From: Candidatus Omnitrophota bacterium
GTDB lineage: Bacteria; Omnitrophota; Gorgyraeia; 2-02-FULL-51-18
Length of the DNA: 64,000 bases
Assembly (NCBI GenBank): GCA_945877765.1
Contig: CAMDWQ010000011.1
Span: 2,641 to 66,640 of the forward strand
Reading direction: 5' to 3'
In this document: positions 16,420 through 30,759 of the stretch, piece after piece
Layout of the letters: the number at the start of each line of letters is the position of its first letter
How positions within the stretch are numbered: position 1 is the stretch's first letter
Notes under the pieces: model-generated
Database searches by the model: none
What the model was told of the DNA's origin: nothing
Seen by the model: only the letters and a program-made list of their open reading frames with translations
Made by a program: the position numbers and the translations under genes

Positions 16420-18242
16420 TAAGCGCTCAGGCGGCGAAGCTTCTCCATATAGATGGCAAGTGTTGAAATGTCACAAGGTGTGATACCGGAGATACGAGAC
16501 GCCTGCCCAAGGGATACTGGGCGAATCTTTTCAAATTTTTCCTGAGCTTCTCTACGTAGACCCATAACTTCTTTAAATACAATAGTTTCCGGCACTTTCT
16601 TTTCTTCATTATTGCGATAGCGACTCACCATACTCTCTTCTCTTTCGACATAGCCTGAGTATTTGACCTCGATCTCAATCTGTTCTTCGACTTCCCTATC
16701 CCCTATCTCTTCATTTAATAAGCCCATCACGTTCCTCAACTTCACTTCGGGACGACGGAGATATTGCTCCATAGAGACTTGCTGATAGCGCTTGGTTTTT
16801 AGCTTGTCTATCCATTCAATAATGCGGGCTTGTTTTTGATTAAATTTTAAAAACTGCTCTTTTGAAATAAGTCCAAACTCATACCCATAGCTCATCAATC
16901 TCTTATCGGCATTGTCTTGGCGCAAAAGTAAGCGATGCTCCGCGCGTGAGGTAAACATCCGATAAGGCTCCTCCGTGCCGTGAGTAACCAGATCATCAAT
17001 CAAAACTCCAATATAGGCCTCCGACCTCCCCAAAATAAACGGCGCCTGGCCCCTATTCTTTAAGCAAGCGTTGATCCCAGCCATGAGCCCCTGGCACGCC
17101 GCCTCTTCATATCCTGAGGTGCCATTAATCTGACCCGCCAGATAAAGATTTTCTACCTTTTTAGTTTCCAACGTTGGCTTTATTTGAGTGGGCGAACAAA
17201 AATCATACTCAATCGCGTAACCAAATCTCATAAGCTCTGCATTTTCAAGACCTTGCACACTTCTAATAAGTTGTATTTGAATATCCTGTGGAAAACTTGT
17301 TGAAAAACCATTAATGTAAACTTCATTCGTGAAGCGCCCTTCAGGCTCCAGAAATAGCTGATGGCGCAGTTTATCCACAAAACGAAACACTTTGTCTTCA
17401 ATGGACGGACAATAGCGCGGACCGCGGCTTTGGATTTTCCCCGAGTACATAGGGGAGAGGTTAATATTTTTTTTAATCAGGTCGTGAGTGTTTTCATTCG
17501 TGTAGGTGATATGACAAGGCAGTTGCTCTTGAGTGATTTTGTGCGTCTGAAAACTAAAAGGTGCGGGATCGGCATCCCCGTGCTGAGCTTCCAACTTTGA
17601 AAAATCAATCGAGCGCGCATTTAAGCGTGGGGGAGTGCCCGTTTTTAAACGCTTCACTTCCAGCCCTTGTTTTTCTAGACACGCGGAAAGTCCTACGGAA
17701 GGTTTATCACCGGCACGGCCGCCGCCAAAAGTGATTTCGCCGATATGAATCAATCCATTTAAAAAAGTACCTGTGGTGATGATCACGGCTTTTGCATAAT
17801 ACGCGGTGTTGATATTCGTGAGAACACCTTCGACAGAATTACCATTGATCAAAAGTTCTTTGACCTCACCCATCTTAAGATCGAGATTGGGTTGGCTTTC
17901 CAGCACGTGCTTCATCGTCATCGCATAAATTTTTTTGTCGCACTGACCGCGGGGAGCCCACACGGCGGGGCCTTTAGAACGATTGAGCATGCGAAATTGG
18001 ATGCCCGTACGATCCGTCACTTTTCCCATCTCACCACCCAGCGCGTCAATTTCACGCACGATGTGGCCCTTAGCAATGCCACCGATAGCGGGATTACAGG
18101 ACATCTGTGCCACCGAGTCGATATTCATCGTCAGCATCAGAGTGGACTGACCCATACGTGCCGCCGCCAGCGCTGCTTCGCAACCTGCGTGGCCGGCGCC
18201 GACAACAATCACATCATATTTTTTTTCAGAGGGGATAAGCAT
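16419..18242 (-). CDS. mnmG: tRNA uridine-5-carboxymethylaminomethyl modification enzyme
   Basis: VVGAGHAGCEAA, MSCNPAIGG, KTGTPPR, GPRYCPSIE, AGQINGTSGYEEAA. Confidence 0.98.
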   Translation of the reverse strand: MLIPSEKKYDVIVVGAGHAGCEAALAAARMGQSTLMLTMNIDSVAQMSCNPAIGGIAKGHIVREIDALGGEMGKVTDRTGIQFRMLNRSKGPAVWAPRGQCDKKIYAMTMKHVLESQPNLDLKMGEVKELLINGNSVEGVLTNINTAYYAKAVIITTGTFLNGLIHIGEITFGGGRAGDKPSVGLSACLEKQGLEVKRLKTGTPPRLNARSIDFSKLEAQHGDADPAPFSFQTHKITQEQLPCHITYTNENTHDLIKKNINLSPMYSGKIQSRGPRYCPSIEDKVFRFVDKLRHQLFLEPEGRFTNEVYINGFSTSFPQDIQIQLIRSVQGLENAELMRFGYAIEYDFCSPTQIKPTLETKKVENLYLAGQINGTSGYEEAACQGLMAGINACLKNRGQAPFILGRSEAYIGVLIDDLVTHGTEEPYRMFTSRAEHRLLLRQDNADKRLMSYGYEFGLISKEQFLKFNQKQARIIEWIDKLKTKRYQQVSMEQYLRRPEVKLRNVMGLLNEEIGDREVEEQIEIEVKYSGYVEREESMVSRYRNNEEKKVPETIVFKEVMGLRREAQEKFEKIRPVSLGQASRISGITPCDISTLAIYMEKLRRLSA

Positions 18243-18256
18243 AAATTTTATGTTAC

Positions 18257-18327
18257 TGTCATCCCCGAATTTTTTAATCGGGGATCATACCTAGTTTGAT
18301 TCCCGATTAAAGCCTTCGGGAATGACA
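18257..18327. repeat. TGTCATTCCCG-family palindromic repeat
   Basis: tgtcatccccga...tcggggatca...gattcccga...tcgggaatgaca. Confidence 0.9.
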
Positions 18328-18336
18328 CAACTTAAA

Positions 18337-19947
18337 TTAAGTCGCGGTAGATTTTTTTAAATAGAGCTGATACGACGTCATAAAAATCGTATTGGTAAGC
18401 CAGTAAAGCACCAGCGCAGAGGGCATGGTGTAAAAAATAAATCCAAAAATTACCGGCATCATCACCATCATCATTTTTTGCTGTTGAGCGACCATAGGAT
18501 CCTGGCCTTCCATGCTCATCGTCGTCATGCGCTGCTGCAGGACCATGGCGGCAATCATGATGATGGGCAGCACGTGAATCTCATTGCCCAAGAAAGGAAG
18601 AGTAAAGGGCAGTGGGACCGCGTCCGGCGAAGAAAGATCATGAATCCATAGAAAATCCGCGCCAATCAATTTTACAAATTTTGAAATAGCCACGTAGAGC
18701 GCGATAAATACCGGCATCTGCAACAGCATCGGCAAGCATCCGCCAAATGGATTCACTTTATGCTTTTTATAAAATTCCATGGTTTCTTTGTTGAGACGCG
18801 TGGGGTTGTCTTTATACTGCTCGCGCAATTTAGCAATCTGCGGCTGTACGGCCTGCATGCGTTTCATGGAAAGAAGGCTTTGCCGGGTAAAAGGGAAGAG
18901 GCATAGATTGATTAGAAGTGTGAGCGCGATGATCGCCAGTCCATAATTTCTAAAAATTTTGTGGAGCATTTCAAGCGCTCCGATAAATATTTTTCCTATC
19001 AGATCCATCTTTCCAAAATTGACGATGTCCTCAAGGCCTAATGGCAGCAGCTCGCCTAAATCATTGGGGCCCATATACACTAAAAATTCGTGAGTGATGG
19101 ACTCGCCCGCGGCCAAGGACACTTTCGGGGAAACAAGCGCCGCAGAAAAATGATGATCGCCAAGACCCGTGACAACTCCGCTAAATGTATTGGCTTGTTT
19201 GGGTTTCACAATAATAGAAAAGTGCCGGTCCTTGATGGCAACCCACTCCAGAGATCCTTCGCTGTGGACTGTTTTGCCAAGCTTGGATTCGGTGACGTGC
19301 CGTAACTTAGCTCTGTTTTCAACCATGGAGAAAAAATTAGCCGCGATGTACTGCGCATCAATCGAATGCCGCGCGGGGATGCTCGAGCCGGCGAAAAGTT
19401 CATACTGAAGATCGATGGCTTTTTCAGAGGTATTTTTAAAAACAACCGAAAGATCCGCCGAATAACCCGAGCGGCGAAATGCATAATTTTTGGTGACCTG
19501 CACTTCATTACTAAGAACAGGGGACACTAAACTTACACTGTCCGCGCCCATAGAAATCTTAGCGGTCTGATCCTGCACAATCGCGCTGGGGGAGAGAATC
19601 TCAACTGAAAGAGGTGCACCGATAGAAGATTTGGCGGAAACAAGGCTCAAGGGGCCCTTATTTTCAATATCCATGTAATCGATAAACGAAACCTTACGGA
19701 CAACACCGCCCTTGGGATTAAACTCTAAGCGAAGTTTATCATTTTTAAAGAGCACATCATCCGTTTCGGAAATATTCTCGAAAGGTTTGGCACTGACAAC
19801 GGTTGTCTTATTCTCCGAGACGTTTTTGGAAACAATCGCGGCTTTTTGTTCTTGGCCGTACTCAGGATAAAATTTTTGCAACACCACCGGATAAAAACCA
19901 AGAATCAAGAAAGCGAACGCCAGCGCCAAAAGTACTTTTTTATCCAT
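18337..19947 (-). CDS. yidC: Membrane protein insertase YidC
   Basis: NYGLAIIALT, VNPFGGCLPMLLQMPVF, FLWIHDLSSPD, LYWLTN. Confidence 0.96.
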   Translation of the reverse strand: MDKKVLLALAFAFLILGFYPVVLQKFYPEYGQEQKAAIVSKNVSENKTTVVSAKPFENISETDDVLFKNDKLRLEFNPKGGVVRKVSFIDYMDIENKGPLSLVSAKSSIGAPLSVEILSPSAIVQDQTAKISMGADSVSLVSPVLSNEVQVTKNYAFRRSGYSADLSVVFKNTSEKAIDLQYELFAGSSIPARHSIDAQYIAANFFSMVENRAKLRHVTESKLGKTVHSEGSLEWVAIKDRHFSIIVKPKQANTFSGVVTGLGDHHFSAALVSPKVSLAAGESITHEFLVYMGPNDLGELLPLGLEDIVNFGKMDLIGKIFIGALEMLHKIFRNYGLAIIALTLLINLCLFPFTRQSLLSMKRMQAVQPQIAKLREQYKDNPTRLNKETMEFYKKHKVNPFGGCLPMLLQMPVFIALYVAISKFVKLIGADFLWIHDLSSPDAVPLPFTLPFLGNEIHVLPIIMIAAMVLQQRMTTMSMEGQDPMVAQQQKMMMVMMPVIFGFIFYTMPSALVLYWLTNTIFMTSYQLYLKKSTAT

Positions 19948-19974
19948 GAGGTAAACTTTCTTTTTTTACTTAAA

Positions 19975-20036
19975 TGTCATCCTCGCGAAAGCGAGGATCA
20001 GCATTAGTTTAGATTCCCGCTTTCGCGGGAATGACA
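19975..20036. repeat. TGTCATTCCCG-family palindromic repeat
   Basis: tgtcatcctcgcgaaagcgaggatc...gattcccgctttcgcgggaatgaca. Confidence 0.9.
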
Positions 20037-20040
20037 ATCG

Positions 20041-20286
20041 TTATTTGGAAGCAACCGGGTCATAGCCGCCCTCTGAAAAAGGGTGGCACTTCAAAATCCT
20101 TTGCGTCACTAACCACAACGCTTTGAAAAAATTCTGCGTCTCAAACGCTTCTCTTGCATAAACCGAACACGTCGGATGAAATCGGCAAGCACGCCATCCC
20201 AACGCCCGAAAAAAACCAGAAACAATTCCCACCGCAAAAATCACGCTCTTCATTAAAATTAAATTAACTTGGCGTCCATATCTCAT
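20041..20286 (-). CDS. yidD: Membrane protein insertion efficiency factor (start uncertain)
   Basis: [25 protein letters not shown]. Confidence 0.92.
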   Translation of the reverse strand: MRYGRQVNLILMKSVIFAVGIVSGFFRALGWRACRFHPTCSVYAREAFETQNFFKALWLVTQRILKCHPFSEGGYDPVASK

Positions 20287-20530
20287 GCATCGCCTCTTTG
20301 GCCTGGGAAAGGCCGATTTCTCCCGGGTTTTTCATCACACGGAAGGTATAAACCTTCTCTTTTTTTAAACTAAACTCAAGCCGCAACGCTTCCTTAATCA
20401 GCCGTCGTAAGCGGTTACGCCTAGTAGCGAGCTTGACTACCTTTTTTGGCACGAGGATTTTTAGCGTTAGTACTTTGGACTCTCGAAGAGTTGCTGGCCG
20501 GCTGGAAACCGTCAGCGAAAGCCAACCCAA
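20264..20530 (-). CDS. rnpA: Ribonuclease P protein component (N-terminally short)
   Basis: [22 protein letters not shown] motif; lies between rpmH and yidD. Confidence 0.8.
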   Translation of the reverse strand: MGWLSLTVSSRPATLRESKVLTLKILVPKKVVKLATRRNRLRRLIKEALRLEFSLKKEKVYTFRVMKNPGEIGLSQAKEAMHEIWTPS

Positions 20531-20532
20531 GA

Positions 20533-20670
20533 CTAGGGGGTGAGGCGCTTTCTGCCCTTTTGACGACGTCTCTTAAGCACCTTGCGACCGTCAGCCGATC
20601 TCATCTTCTTTCGGAAACCGTGGGTTCTCTTGCGTTTTCTATTCGATTTATTCGTCAGTGTTTTTTTCAT
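20533..20670 (-). CDS. rpmH: 50S ribosomal protein L34 (not in ORF track)
   Basis: Manual translation [45 protein letters not shown]. Confidence 0.96.
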   Translation of the reverse strand: MKKTLTNKSNRKRKRTHGFRKKMRSADGRKVLKRRRQKGRKRLTP

Positions 20671-21013
20671 GGCTTCCTGTTCCGTTTTAGTTATAAATTG
20701 AAAGAGGGATTATAGCATAGACCCGAGGTGGCACGTCAAGCAGGGAATCTCCCGCCGCCGGTAAGAACCCAACCCTTCAATCGTGGGCCCCTCCAGAACG
20801 CCACAATTTCGTTTGCTAATCCAAGACCCCGTTGCTATAATACCGACTTCATCATGGGCCCCCAATCTATCAATGGTAGCCTGTGCATAACTTGTTAATA
20901 ATTTAGCTTTATTTAATTTCTGATTTTATATTCGTTTTACATACATAAATATATGCATTAATTGATGTTATGACGTCTATTTAATCAGACTGAGAAACCT
21001 TTAAGGATAACGT

Positions 21014-22390
21014 GTGGATAAGTTAAGCAATCAAGACCCCTTGGAATTGTGGTCCAAGGCCCTGGCAAGCCTCCAAAAAGAGTTTGATTCCCAGCTTTTC
21101 GACCGTTGGCTTAAGCCTATTAAAATCAGAGAGTTGGACGAAAACGAAGTCGTCCTGATTGTCCGCGATGACTTTTTTAAATCCTGGGTGATGGATCACT
21201 ACCAGGACAAAATCTATTCCGCCTTGAAAAATATACTCAACAACCCCGAGATATCCATCCGCTTCATTATAGAGACGGAGGCGATTGAAAAAAGCCAGCC
21301 GCTTGGCGACACGATGCCAGCCCCTCGGAGCATGGCCCAAAATTTTACCAGCACTCCATCCATGCCAATAGAAAATGTGCTCAACACCAAATACACTTTT
21401 GATAGCTTTGTCGTGGGACCGTCCAATCGCTTCGCCCATGCCGCCTCGATGGCCGTCGCCGAATCGCCCGCTAAATCTTACAATCCTCTATTTATTTATG
21501 GACCCGTCGGTCTAGGCAAGACTCATTTGATGCAAGCGATAGGGCAAGAAGTGCTCAGAAGAAATCCCTCGAGCAAAGTGTTGTATATCACCAGCGAAAA
21601 ATTCACCAATCAACTCATCAACGCGATCAAAACCGGCACGACCGTCAAGTTTAGAGAAAAATACCGCTCCGTCGACTGCCTCCTTATCGATGACATTCAC
21701 TTCATCGCGGGCAAAGAAGCAACCATGGAAGAATTTTTTCATACATTCAACACGCTTTATGATTCCCACAAGCAAATCGTCGTCTCCAGCGACAAACCCC
21801 CCAAAGATATCAATAATCTCGAGGAGAGACTGGTGTCGCGTTTTGAATGGGGCTTAGTGACCGATATCCAGCCTCCTGATTTTGAAACCCGCACCGCTAT
21901 TTTGAGAAAAAAAGCAGAGCGCGAAGGCCTCCACATTCCCGATTCCGTCACTTTTTTTATCGCGGACAAAATTAAATCCAATATTCGTGAACTCGAGGGC
22001 GCACTGATCCGCGTCGTCGCTTATTCTAAGCTGGTAGGAAAAGAAGTGGATGAAATTGTAGCGCAAGACGTGTTAAAAGATTTGATTGTGGAGAACCAAA
22101 AGAAAATCACGGTTGACCTTATTCAAAGGAAAGTGGCAGAATACTTCGAAATACGGCCATCGGATATGACGGCCAAGCGGCGATCCAAGAGTGTGGCTTA
22201 CCCGCGGCACGTGGCAATGTATTTATCCCGTGAAATGACGGGTTTTTCTTTTCCTGAATTAGGAGAACATTTTGGCGGGCGAGATCACACTACTATTTTA
22301 CATGCGTGTGATAAGATAAAAAAAGATATCAAAAAAGAGCCCAAGACCAAAACTTTAATCGATAAGCTAATTGTTGAAATAAAAAAATAA
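21014..22390 (+). CDS. dnaA: Chromosomal replication initiator DnaA
   Basis: YNPLFIYGPVGLGKTHL, LLIDDIHF, RELEGAL, GGRDHTT; DnaA box tgtggataa (21013-21021) overlaps the GTG start. Confidence 0.99.
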   Translation: MDKLSNQDPLELWSKALASLQKEFDSQLFDRWLKPIKIRELDENEVVLIVRDDFFKSWVMDHYQDKIYSALKNILNNPEISIRFIIETEAIEKSQPLGDTMPAPRSMAQNFTSTPSMPIENVLNTKYTFDSFVVGPSNRFAHAASMAVAESPAKSYNPLFIYGPVGLGKTHLMQAIGQEVLRRNPSSKVLYITSEKFTNQLINAIKTGTTVKFREKYRSVDCLLIDDIHFIAGKEATMEEFFHTFNTLYDSHKQIVVSSDKPPKDINNLEERLVSRFEWGLVTDIQPPDFETRTAILRKKAEREGLHIPDSVTFFIADKIKSNIRELEGALIRVVAYSKLVGKEVDEIVAQDVLKDLIVENQKKITVDLIQRKVAEYFEIRPSDMTAKRRSKSVAYPRHVAMYLSREMTGFSFPELGEHFGGRDHTTILHACDKIKKDIKKEPKTKTLIDKLIVEIKK

Positions 22391-22600
22391 TTTTACCTGT
22401 GATTAATTGTGGATAAGTTTACGCTTTTAAGTTTTAGTTCTACAGGTTGTTGATAACCATCTATTTATCCACAGGTTATAGTATTTGTAAGTCTTTTATT
22501 TTTAAGTGGTTATAAATTTTATGCTGAATTCACAAACTCTACTACTATTACTGTTTTAATTGAGAATGTTAAATAATATAAAGCTAGGGGTTTACTATTC
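22391..22600. other. Replication origin oriC (dnaA-dnaN intergenic)
   Basis: DnaA boxes tgtggataa 22408-22416 and ttatccaca 22465-22473, AT-rich tract, DnaA-trio-like ctactactattact at ~22539-22552; gene orientation switches at dnaA. Confidence 0.9.
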
Positions 22601-23713
22601 ATGAAAATAAATACAATTAAGGAAGAATTATTAAAAGGAATTCAGACCGTACAAAATGCGGTAAGCAGTAAAAATACATTACCCATTCTTTCCCATGTTT
22701 TATTAGAAGCAAAGAAAGGCGGTATATTTCTCACCGCCACTGATCTTGAAATTGGGATATCGATGAAAGTAGGTGGTGAAGTCATCGAGGAAGGTGCGAT
22801 TACGATCCCAGCGCGTAAATTTAGTGAGATCATTAAAGAATTACCTTCTCAACAACCCATTTATATTTCAGTGAAGAAGACTCAATCTATTACAATCGAA
22901 TCAGGAAAAAGTTATTTTCGTTTAGTGGGTTTATCAAAAGATGATTTTCCTCAACTACCTGATTTACAATCCATTAATCCTAAAGAAATAGATATCGTTA
23001 AAATTCCGCAAAAAAATCTAAAAAACATGATTCAACTTACCGCCTTCGCGATGAGTCATGATGAAACGCGGTATGTATTGAATGGAATATTATTTAATTT
23101 TAAAGATAAAATATTAAAATTAGTTGCCACTGATGGGAGAAGGCTCGCGGTGATCGAAAATGAAATTTTAGTTTCAGGAAATTTTCGGCGAGACGTGATT
23201 CTCCCAATGAAAACCATTCAAGAATTAAGCCGCAACTTAACCGAAGAGGGAGAAGTAATTTTTTATTTCAAACAAAACCAACTCCAGATTAATGTCGGCG
23301 CTATTAATATCACTTCTCGTTTAATTGAAGGCGAATATCCCAATTACGATCAGGTAATTCCAAAAAAAATAAAAGAAGAATTAAAACTAGGTACTCAAGA
23401 TTTTCTCCAAGCCACAAGACGCGCGAGTATTTTAACCAATCAAGATTCACAGTCGATCAAGATCAATCTCATTAAAGACCGGATGATTATTACCAAGAAT
23501 ACTCCCGATTTAGGGGAAGTCCGTGAAGAGATTGAAGTAAATTATAAAGGTGGTGAATTAACGATTGGTTTTAATCCCGTCTTTTTAATTGATGTGTTAA
23601 AAAATATTGAGGATGAAAGTATTCACTTTGGATTTATTGATCCCGAAAAGCCGGCAGTGATCCGTTGTGGTGAAAATTATACGTATATTGTTCTGCCGAT
23701 GCAGGTCAGCTGA
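22601..23713 (+). CDS. dnaN: DNA polymerase III beta clamp
   Basis: ATDLEIGI, ETRYVLNGI, VATDGRRLA, LIEGEYPNY, YIVLPM. Confidence 0.98.
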   Translation: MKINTIKEELLKGIQTVQNAVSSKNTLPILSHVLLEAKKGGIFLTATDLEIGISMKVGGEVIEEGAITIPARKFSEIIKELPSQQPIYISVKKTQSITIESGKSYFRLVGLSKDDFPQLPDLQSINPKEIDIVKIPQKNLKNMIQLTAFAMSHDETRYVLNGILFNFKDKILKLVATDGRRLAVIENEILVSGNFRRDVILPMKTIQELSRNLTEEGEVIFYFKQNQLQINVGAINITSRLIEGEYPNYDQVIPKKIKEELKLGTQDFLQATRRASILTNQDSQSIKINLIKDRMIITKNTPDLGEVREEIEVNYKGGELTIGFNPVFLIDVLKNIEDESIHFGFIDPEKPAVIRCGENYTYIVLPMQVS

Positions 23714-23737
23714 TGACACCCCTAATGTCATCCCTAA

Positions 23738-23850
23738 TGTCATCCCCGAAATTATTTATCGGGGATCATACTCGGTTTGATTCCCGATTAAAACCTTCGG
23801 GAATGACAGTGGACAGGTTTGATTCCCGATTAAACATTTCGGGAATGACA
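23738..23850. repeat. TGTCATTCCCG-family repeat, 1.5 tandem copies
   Basis: Full unit 23738-23808 plus extra right half ending gggaatgaca at 23850. Confidence 0.9.
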
Positions 23851-23872
23851 TTATAATAATGACAGTGTAGAG

Positions 23873-26715
<2,843 letters not shown>

Positions 26716-26718
26716 CAC

Positions 26719-26790
26719 TGTCATCCCCGAAATCTTTAATCGGGGATCATGTATAGGTTTGATTCCCGATAAATACTTTCGGGAATGACA
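26719..26790. repeat. TGTCATTCCCG-family palindromic repeat
   Basis: tgtcatccccga...tcggggatca...gattcccga...tcgggaatgaca. Confidence 0.9.
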
Positions 26791-26801
26791 AATGGAGAAT
26801 T

Positions 26802-29800
26802 ATGGCCGAACAGCAGAAAAATTCTTATACAGCGAATGAAAAAATAAGATCCGTTTTCATCGAGCAGGAGATGAAGACGTCCTATCTAAATTATTCAATG
26901 AGTGTCATCGTCGGTCGCGCTCTGCCGGATGTCCGTGACGGTTTAAAGCCCGTGCATCGCCGCATTCTTTTCGCGATGAAAGAGCTGGGTCTCGACCACA
27001 GCCGCTCGTATAAAAAATCCGCTCGTATCGTCGGAGAAGTCCTCGGTAAATATCATCCGCATGGCGATACCGCCGTGTATGACACGATGGTGCGCATGGT
27101 CCAATATTTTTCACTGCGTTATCCGCTGGTTGACGGCCAAGGTAACTTTGGTTCAGTAGACGGCGACAGCGCGGCGGCGATGCGTTATTGCGTGACTGGG
27201 GATACGCTCGTGGTCACAGACAAGGGTCTTGTTCCTATTGCGGATATATCGCCCGACCAGTCTGAGGATATCTCGATCAAGATTCTTTCTCGTGATAAAA
27301 AAGTCAATAGCGCCGCCAAATGGTTTGACAGTGGAAAGCACCGGACGCTCAAGGTAACCACAAAAGGTGGCTATGAAATTAAAGCCACCACGAATCATCC
27401 TCTGCTTGTATGGGCGGGCGGAGAAGATGGCAGGCCCGGGTTTGAATGGAAACTATTAGGGAAGCTGAGCCCAGGGGATGTGGTCGTCATCGACCGAAGC
27501 GATGATCTTCTGTGGCCCCAAGAGTATGTGGACACAAAATCTTTTTGGCCGGAGGTTAAGTCTACCCGAATCGTTGAAAAAACACTGCCGGTGGTTTTAA
27601 ACGAAGATCTCGCTTCTCTTTTGGGCGCTCTTGTCGCCGAAGGCACGATCAAAGAAAACAAAATTGAATTTTGCAACAGCGATGAGGCGTGGCTCAACGA
27701 CTTTGATGAAGAGTGGCGGAGAACATTTCCCGATTGTCGTCTTCATTCATTTAAGAGAAAGCCAAGTTCGTACGGCAAAAAAAATTATTTCACCCGAGAG
27801 ATTCACTCCCGACATTGCGTTAAGTTTTTAAGGGCGATCGGATTAGAGCCTGTTCGTTCCAAGGATAAAACGGTACCGGATTTAATATTTCGTTCTCCGC
27901 GCCGTGTGGTGGCGGCATTTTTAAGGGCTTATTTTGAGGGTGACGGCGGTGTGACCTCCAGTGGGAAAAAGATGGTCGAGCTTTCTTGTGTGTCGGTAAG
28001 CGAAAAACTGATAAGTCAGATTCAGGTGATACTTCTAAGATTTGGCATTGTTTCCGCCAAAAGGTATGATTCCTACCGTAAAACTTACAAGCTTTACATA
28101 CGCGGGCTTGAAAACTATAGGGCGTTTCAAAAAGAAATAGGATTTATTTCCACGAGGAAAAATACCCTTTTAAATTCTGTGATCGAATCGTATCACAAAG
28201 TCTGCTCATCCACCGATTATGTGCCGTTTTTGAGTGATTTTGTGCGTTCCCATGCGGGGGACGATTCGACATGGAGCGCCAAAGAATTTGCGTTGAAGAA
28301 CAATTTTGACAGATACAACAATCTTTCCGAAAAAGGCGACCGTGTCATGTTGTCGGTGGCCGTTGAAGAGCGGACTCATGTACAAACACTTTTTGAAAAT
28401 CTGCTTAACTACCGCTATTATTTCGACCCCATTGCCAAAATTGAAGACAATGGAATCCAGACCGTTTATTCTCTGCGCGTAGACAGTGCTTGTCATTCAT
28501 TTGTCGCCAATGGATTTATAAATCACAATACCGAAGCACGCCTTGCCGGCATCACCGACGAAATCCTGCGCGATATCGATAAAGAGACCGTCAACTTTGC
28601 CCCCAATTTTGACGAGAGCTTGGAAGAGCCAACACTTCTTCCGGCAACACTGCCCAATCTTTTGTGTAATGGCTCCAGCGGTATCGCCGTCGGTATGGCG
28701 ACCAATATTCCTCCGCACAACTTGACCGAAGTTTGCGATGCCATTGCCGCGACCATTGAAAATCCTGAGATTCAGACCAAGGAATTGATGAAGTATATTA
28801 AAGGTCCCGATTTCCCGACGGGTGCTACGATTTGCGGCACCGAAGGAATCAAGTCGGCTTACGAGACAGGCCGCGGCATCATTAAGATTCGCGCCAAAGC
28901 AAGCATTGAAGAGATTCGCGGAAGCCGCGAAGCGATTGTTGTCACCGAGATCCCTTATCAGGTCAACAAATCCAATCTCATTGAAAATATCGCTGACTTA
29001 GTAAACAGCAAAAAAATTGAAGGTATTTCCGACGTGCGCGATGAGTCCGACAAGGACGGAATGCGCCTGGTTATTGATCTTAAGCGCGACGCTAATTCGC
29101 AAGTCATTTTGAATCAGCTTTACAAGCACACGCAGATGCAAAATACATTTGGTATTATTTTGCTGGCACTTGTTGACGGAAGCCCCCGCGTGTTGAAGCT
29201 TAAAGAAATCATCATCGAGTACATCAAGCACCGCAAGGTAATCATCACGCGCCGCACGATATTCGACCTGGCCAAAGCCAAAGACCGCGCGCACATCGTT
29301 GAAGGCTTGATGAAAGCCGTCGACATCCTCGACAAAATTATTAAAACCATCCGCGGGTCCAAGACCCCGGCCGAAGCCAAAGTCGCCTTGGTGGAAAAAT
29401 ATGAGTTTTCCGAGCGCCAAGCACAGGCCATTTTGGAAATGCAGCTGCAAAAGCTCACCGGCCTTGAAATTCACAAGCTTGAAGATGAGTTCAAAGAGCT
29501 TTTAAAGAAAATCGCTTATTTTGAATCGATCCTCAATTCTGAAAAGAAAGTCCTCGAGATCGTGAAGGAAGAGCTCGCGGATCTCAAGAAAAAATACGGC
29601 GACGACCGCCGCACGGACATCTCGCGTTCAATCGATCTAGACATGAACATGGAAGATTTGATTGCCGACGAAGATGTCGTCGTCACGATTAGCCACCAAA
29701 ATTACGTCAAGCGCCTGCCGGTTACCACTTACCGTAAGCAAAAACGCGGGGGAGTCGGCGTAGGCTCAGGCGGCATCGAAGAAGATTTTGTGGAGCATCT

Positions 29801-30629
29801 TTTCATCGCGTCCACGCATGACACGCTCATGCTTTTCACCTCCAAAGGAAAAGCTTTCACGATTAAAGTACACGAGTTGCCCCAGGCCAGCCGTATTTCC
29901 AAGGGCAAATTCATCGCCAACTTTGTGTCTCTGTCTCAGGGAGAAAAGATTACCTCCTATATTCCTGTCCGGAAATTCGAAGAGGGTCAGTACCTGGTCA
30001 TGTGCACCAAGCTTGGTCAGATCAAAAAATGCGAACTGACGGATTTTGAAAACACACGCCGCAGCGGCATCATTGCTATCGGCTTAGATCCAAAAGATGA
30101 GCTCATCATGGCCGCTCTGACCGACGGCAAAGAAGAGATCGTCATCGCGACCCGTAAGGGCAAAGCCATCCGCTTCCCCAACAATGACGTCCGCAGCATG
30201 GGCCGCAACGCCGGCGGTGTGCGAGGCATCACTCTTGAAGATAAGGATTATGTTATCGGCATGGAAGTCGTCGACAAAAAAGCCAATCTTTTAACCGTCA
30301 CCGAAAAAGGTTTCGGCAAGCGTTCCGAAGTCGAAGAATACCGAGTCACCGGCCGCGGCGGCAAAGGCGTCACCAACGTCAAAGTCACCGACAAAAACGG
30401 CGAAGTCGTCGGCATGAAGTGCGTCACCGAGAAGTATGACTTAATGATTATGACGCAAACCGGCATGGTGGTAAGATGTTCAGTCAAAGACATCCGGGAG
30501 ACCGGCCGTGTCGCGCAAGGTGTGCGCCTCATTAACTTGAAGAAGGATAACGACAAAGTAGTCAGCATCACCTCCGTAGAGCCCGAAGACGACGGCGCCG
30601 CGGCAGCACCCGAAAAAGAACTCGTCTAA
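26802..30629 (+). CDS. gyrA: DNA gyrase subunit A precursor (intein-containing)
   Basis: [24 protein letters not shown]|intein|TEARL, GyrA box QKRGGVG, beta-pinwheel repeats. Confidence 0.98.
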   Translation: MAEQQKNSYTANEKIRSVFIEQEMKTSYLNYSMSVIVGRALPDVRDGLKPVHRRILFAMKELGLDHSRSYKKSARIVGEVLGKYHPHGDTAVYDTMVRMVQYFSLRYPLVDGQGNFGSVDGDSAAAMRYCVTGDTLVVTDKGLVPIADISPDQSEDISIKILSRDKKVNSAAKWFDSGKHRTLKVTTKGGYEIKATTNHPLLVWAGGEDGRPGFEWKLLGKLSPGDVVVIDRSDDLLWPQEYVDTKSFWPEVKSTRIVEKTLPVVLNEDLASLLGALVAEGTIKENKIEFCNSDEAWLNDFDEEWRRTFPDCRLHSFKRKPSSYGKKNYFTREIHSRHCVKFLRAIGLEPVRSKDKTVPDLIFRSPRRVVAAFLRAYFEGDGGVTSSGKKMVELSCVSVSEKLISQIQVILLRFGIVSAKRYDSYRKTYKLYIRGLENYRAFQKEIGFISTRKNTLLNSVIESYHKVCSSTDYVPFLSDFVRSHAGDDSTWSAKEFALKNNFDRYNNLSEKGDRVMLSVAVEERTHVQTLFENLLNYRYYFDPIAKIEDNGIQTVYSLRVDSACHSFVANGFINHNTEARLAGITDEILRDIDKETVNFAPNFDESLEEPTLLPATLPNLLCNGSSGIAVGMATNIPPHNLTEVCDAIAATIENPEIQTKELMKYIKGPDFPTGATICGTEGIKSAYETGRGIIKIRAKASIEEIRGSREAIVVTEIPYQVNKSNLIENIADLVNSKKIEGISDVRDESDKDGMRLVIDLKRDANSQVILNQLYKHTQMQNTFGIILLALVDGSPRVLKLKEIIIEYIKHRKVIITRRTIFDLAKAKDRAHIVEGLMKAVDILDKIIKTIRGSKTPAEAKVALVEKYEFSERQAQAILEMQLQKLTGLEIHKLEDEFKELLKKIAYFESILNSEKKVLEIVKEELADLKKKYGDDRRTDISRSIDLDMNMEDLIADEDVVVTISHQNYVKRLPVTTYRKQKRGGVGVGSGGIEEDFVEHLFIASTHDTLMLFTSKGKAFTIKVHELPQASRISKGKFIANFVSLSQGEKITSYIPVRKFEEGQYLVMCTKLGQIKKCELTDFENTRRSGIIAIGLDPKDELIMAALTDGKEEIVIATRKGKAIRFPNNDVRSMGRNAGGVRGITLEDKDYVIGMEVVDKKANLLTVTEKGFGKRSEVEEYRVTGRGGKGVTNVKVTDKNGEVVGMKCVTEKYDLMIMTQTGMVVRCSVKDIRETGRVAQGVRLINLKKDNDKVVSITSVEPEDDGAAAAPEKELV
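27189..28529 (+). mobile_element. Intein (447 aa) with LAGLIDADG homing endonuclease in GyrA
   Basis: Begins CVTGDT, block B TTNHPL, LAGLIDADG motifs LLGALVAEG and [10 protein letters not shown], ends FINHN followed by T. Confidence 0.96.
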
Positions 30630-30635
30630 ATTTTA

Positions 30636-30710
30636 GACCCCATCGTCTAGCCTGGCTTAGGACATTACCCTTTCACGGTAGTAACACGGGTTCGAATCCC
30701 GTTGGGGTCA
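30636..30710 (+). tRNA. tRNA-Glu(TTC)
   Basis: gacccca acceptor, ttacc-ctTTCac-ggtag anticodon arm, acgggttcgaatcccgt T-arm. Confidence 0.96.
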
Positions 30711-30716
30711 AAAAAT

Positions 30717-30759
30717 CGCCTCCTTTACACAAGTAATTATGTGAAGGAGGCGTTTTTTT
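30717..30759 (+). terminator. Rho-independent terminator
   Basis: cgcctcctt...aaggaggcg followed by T7. Confidence 0.75.
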
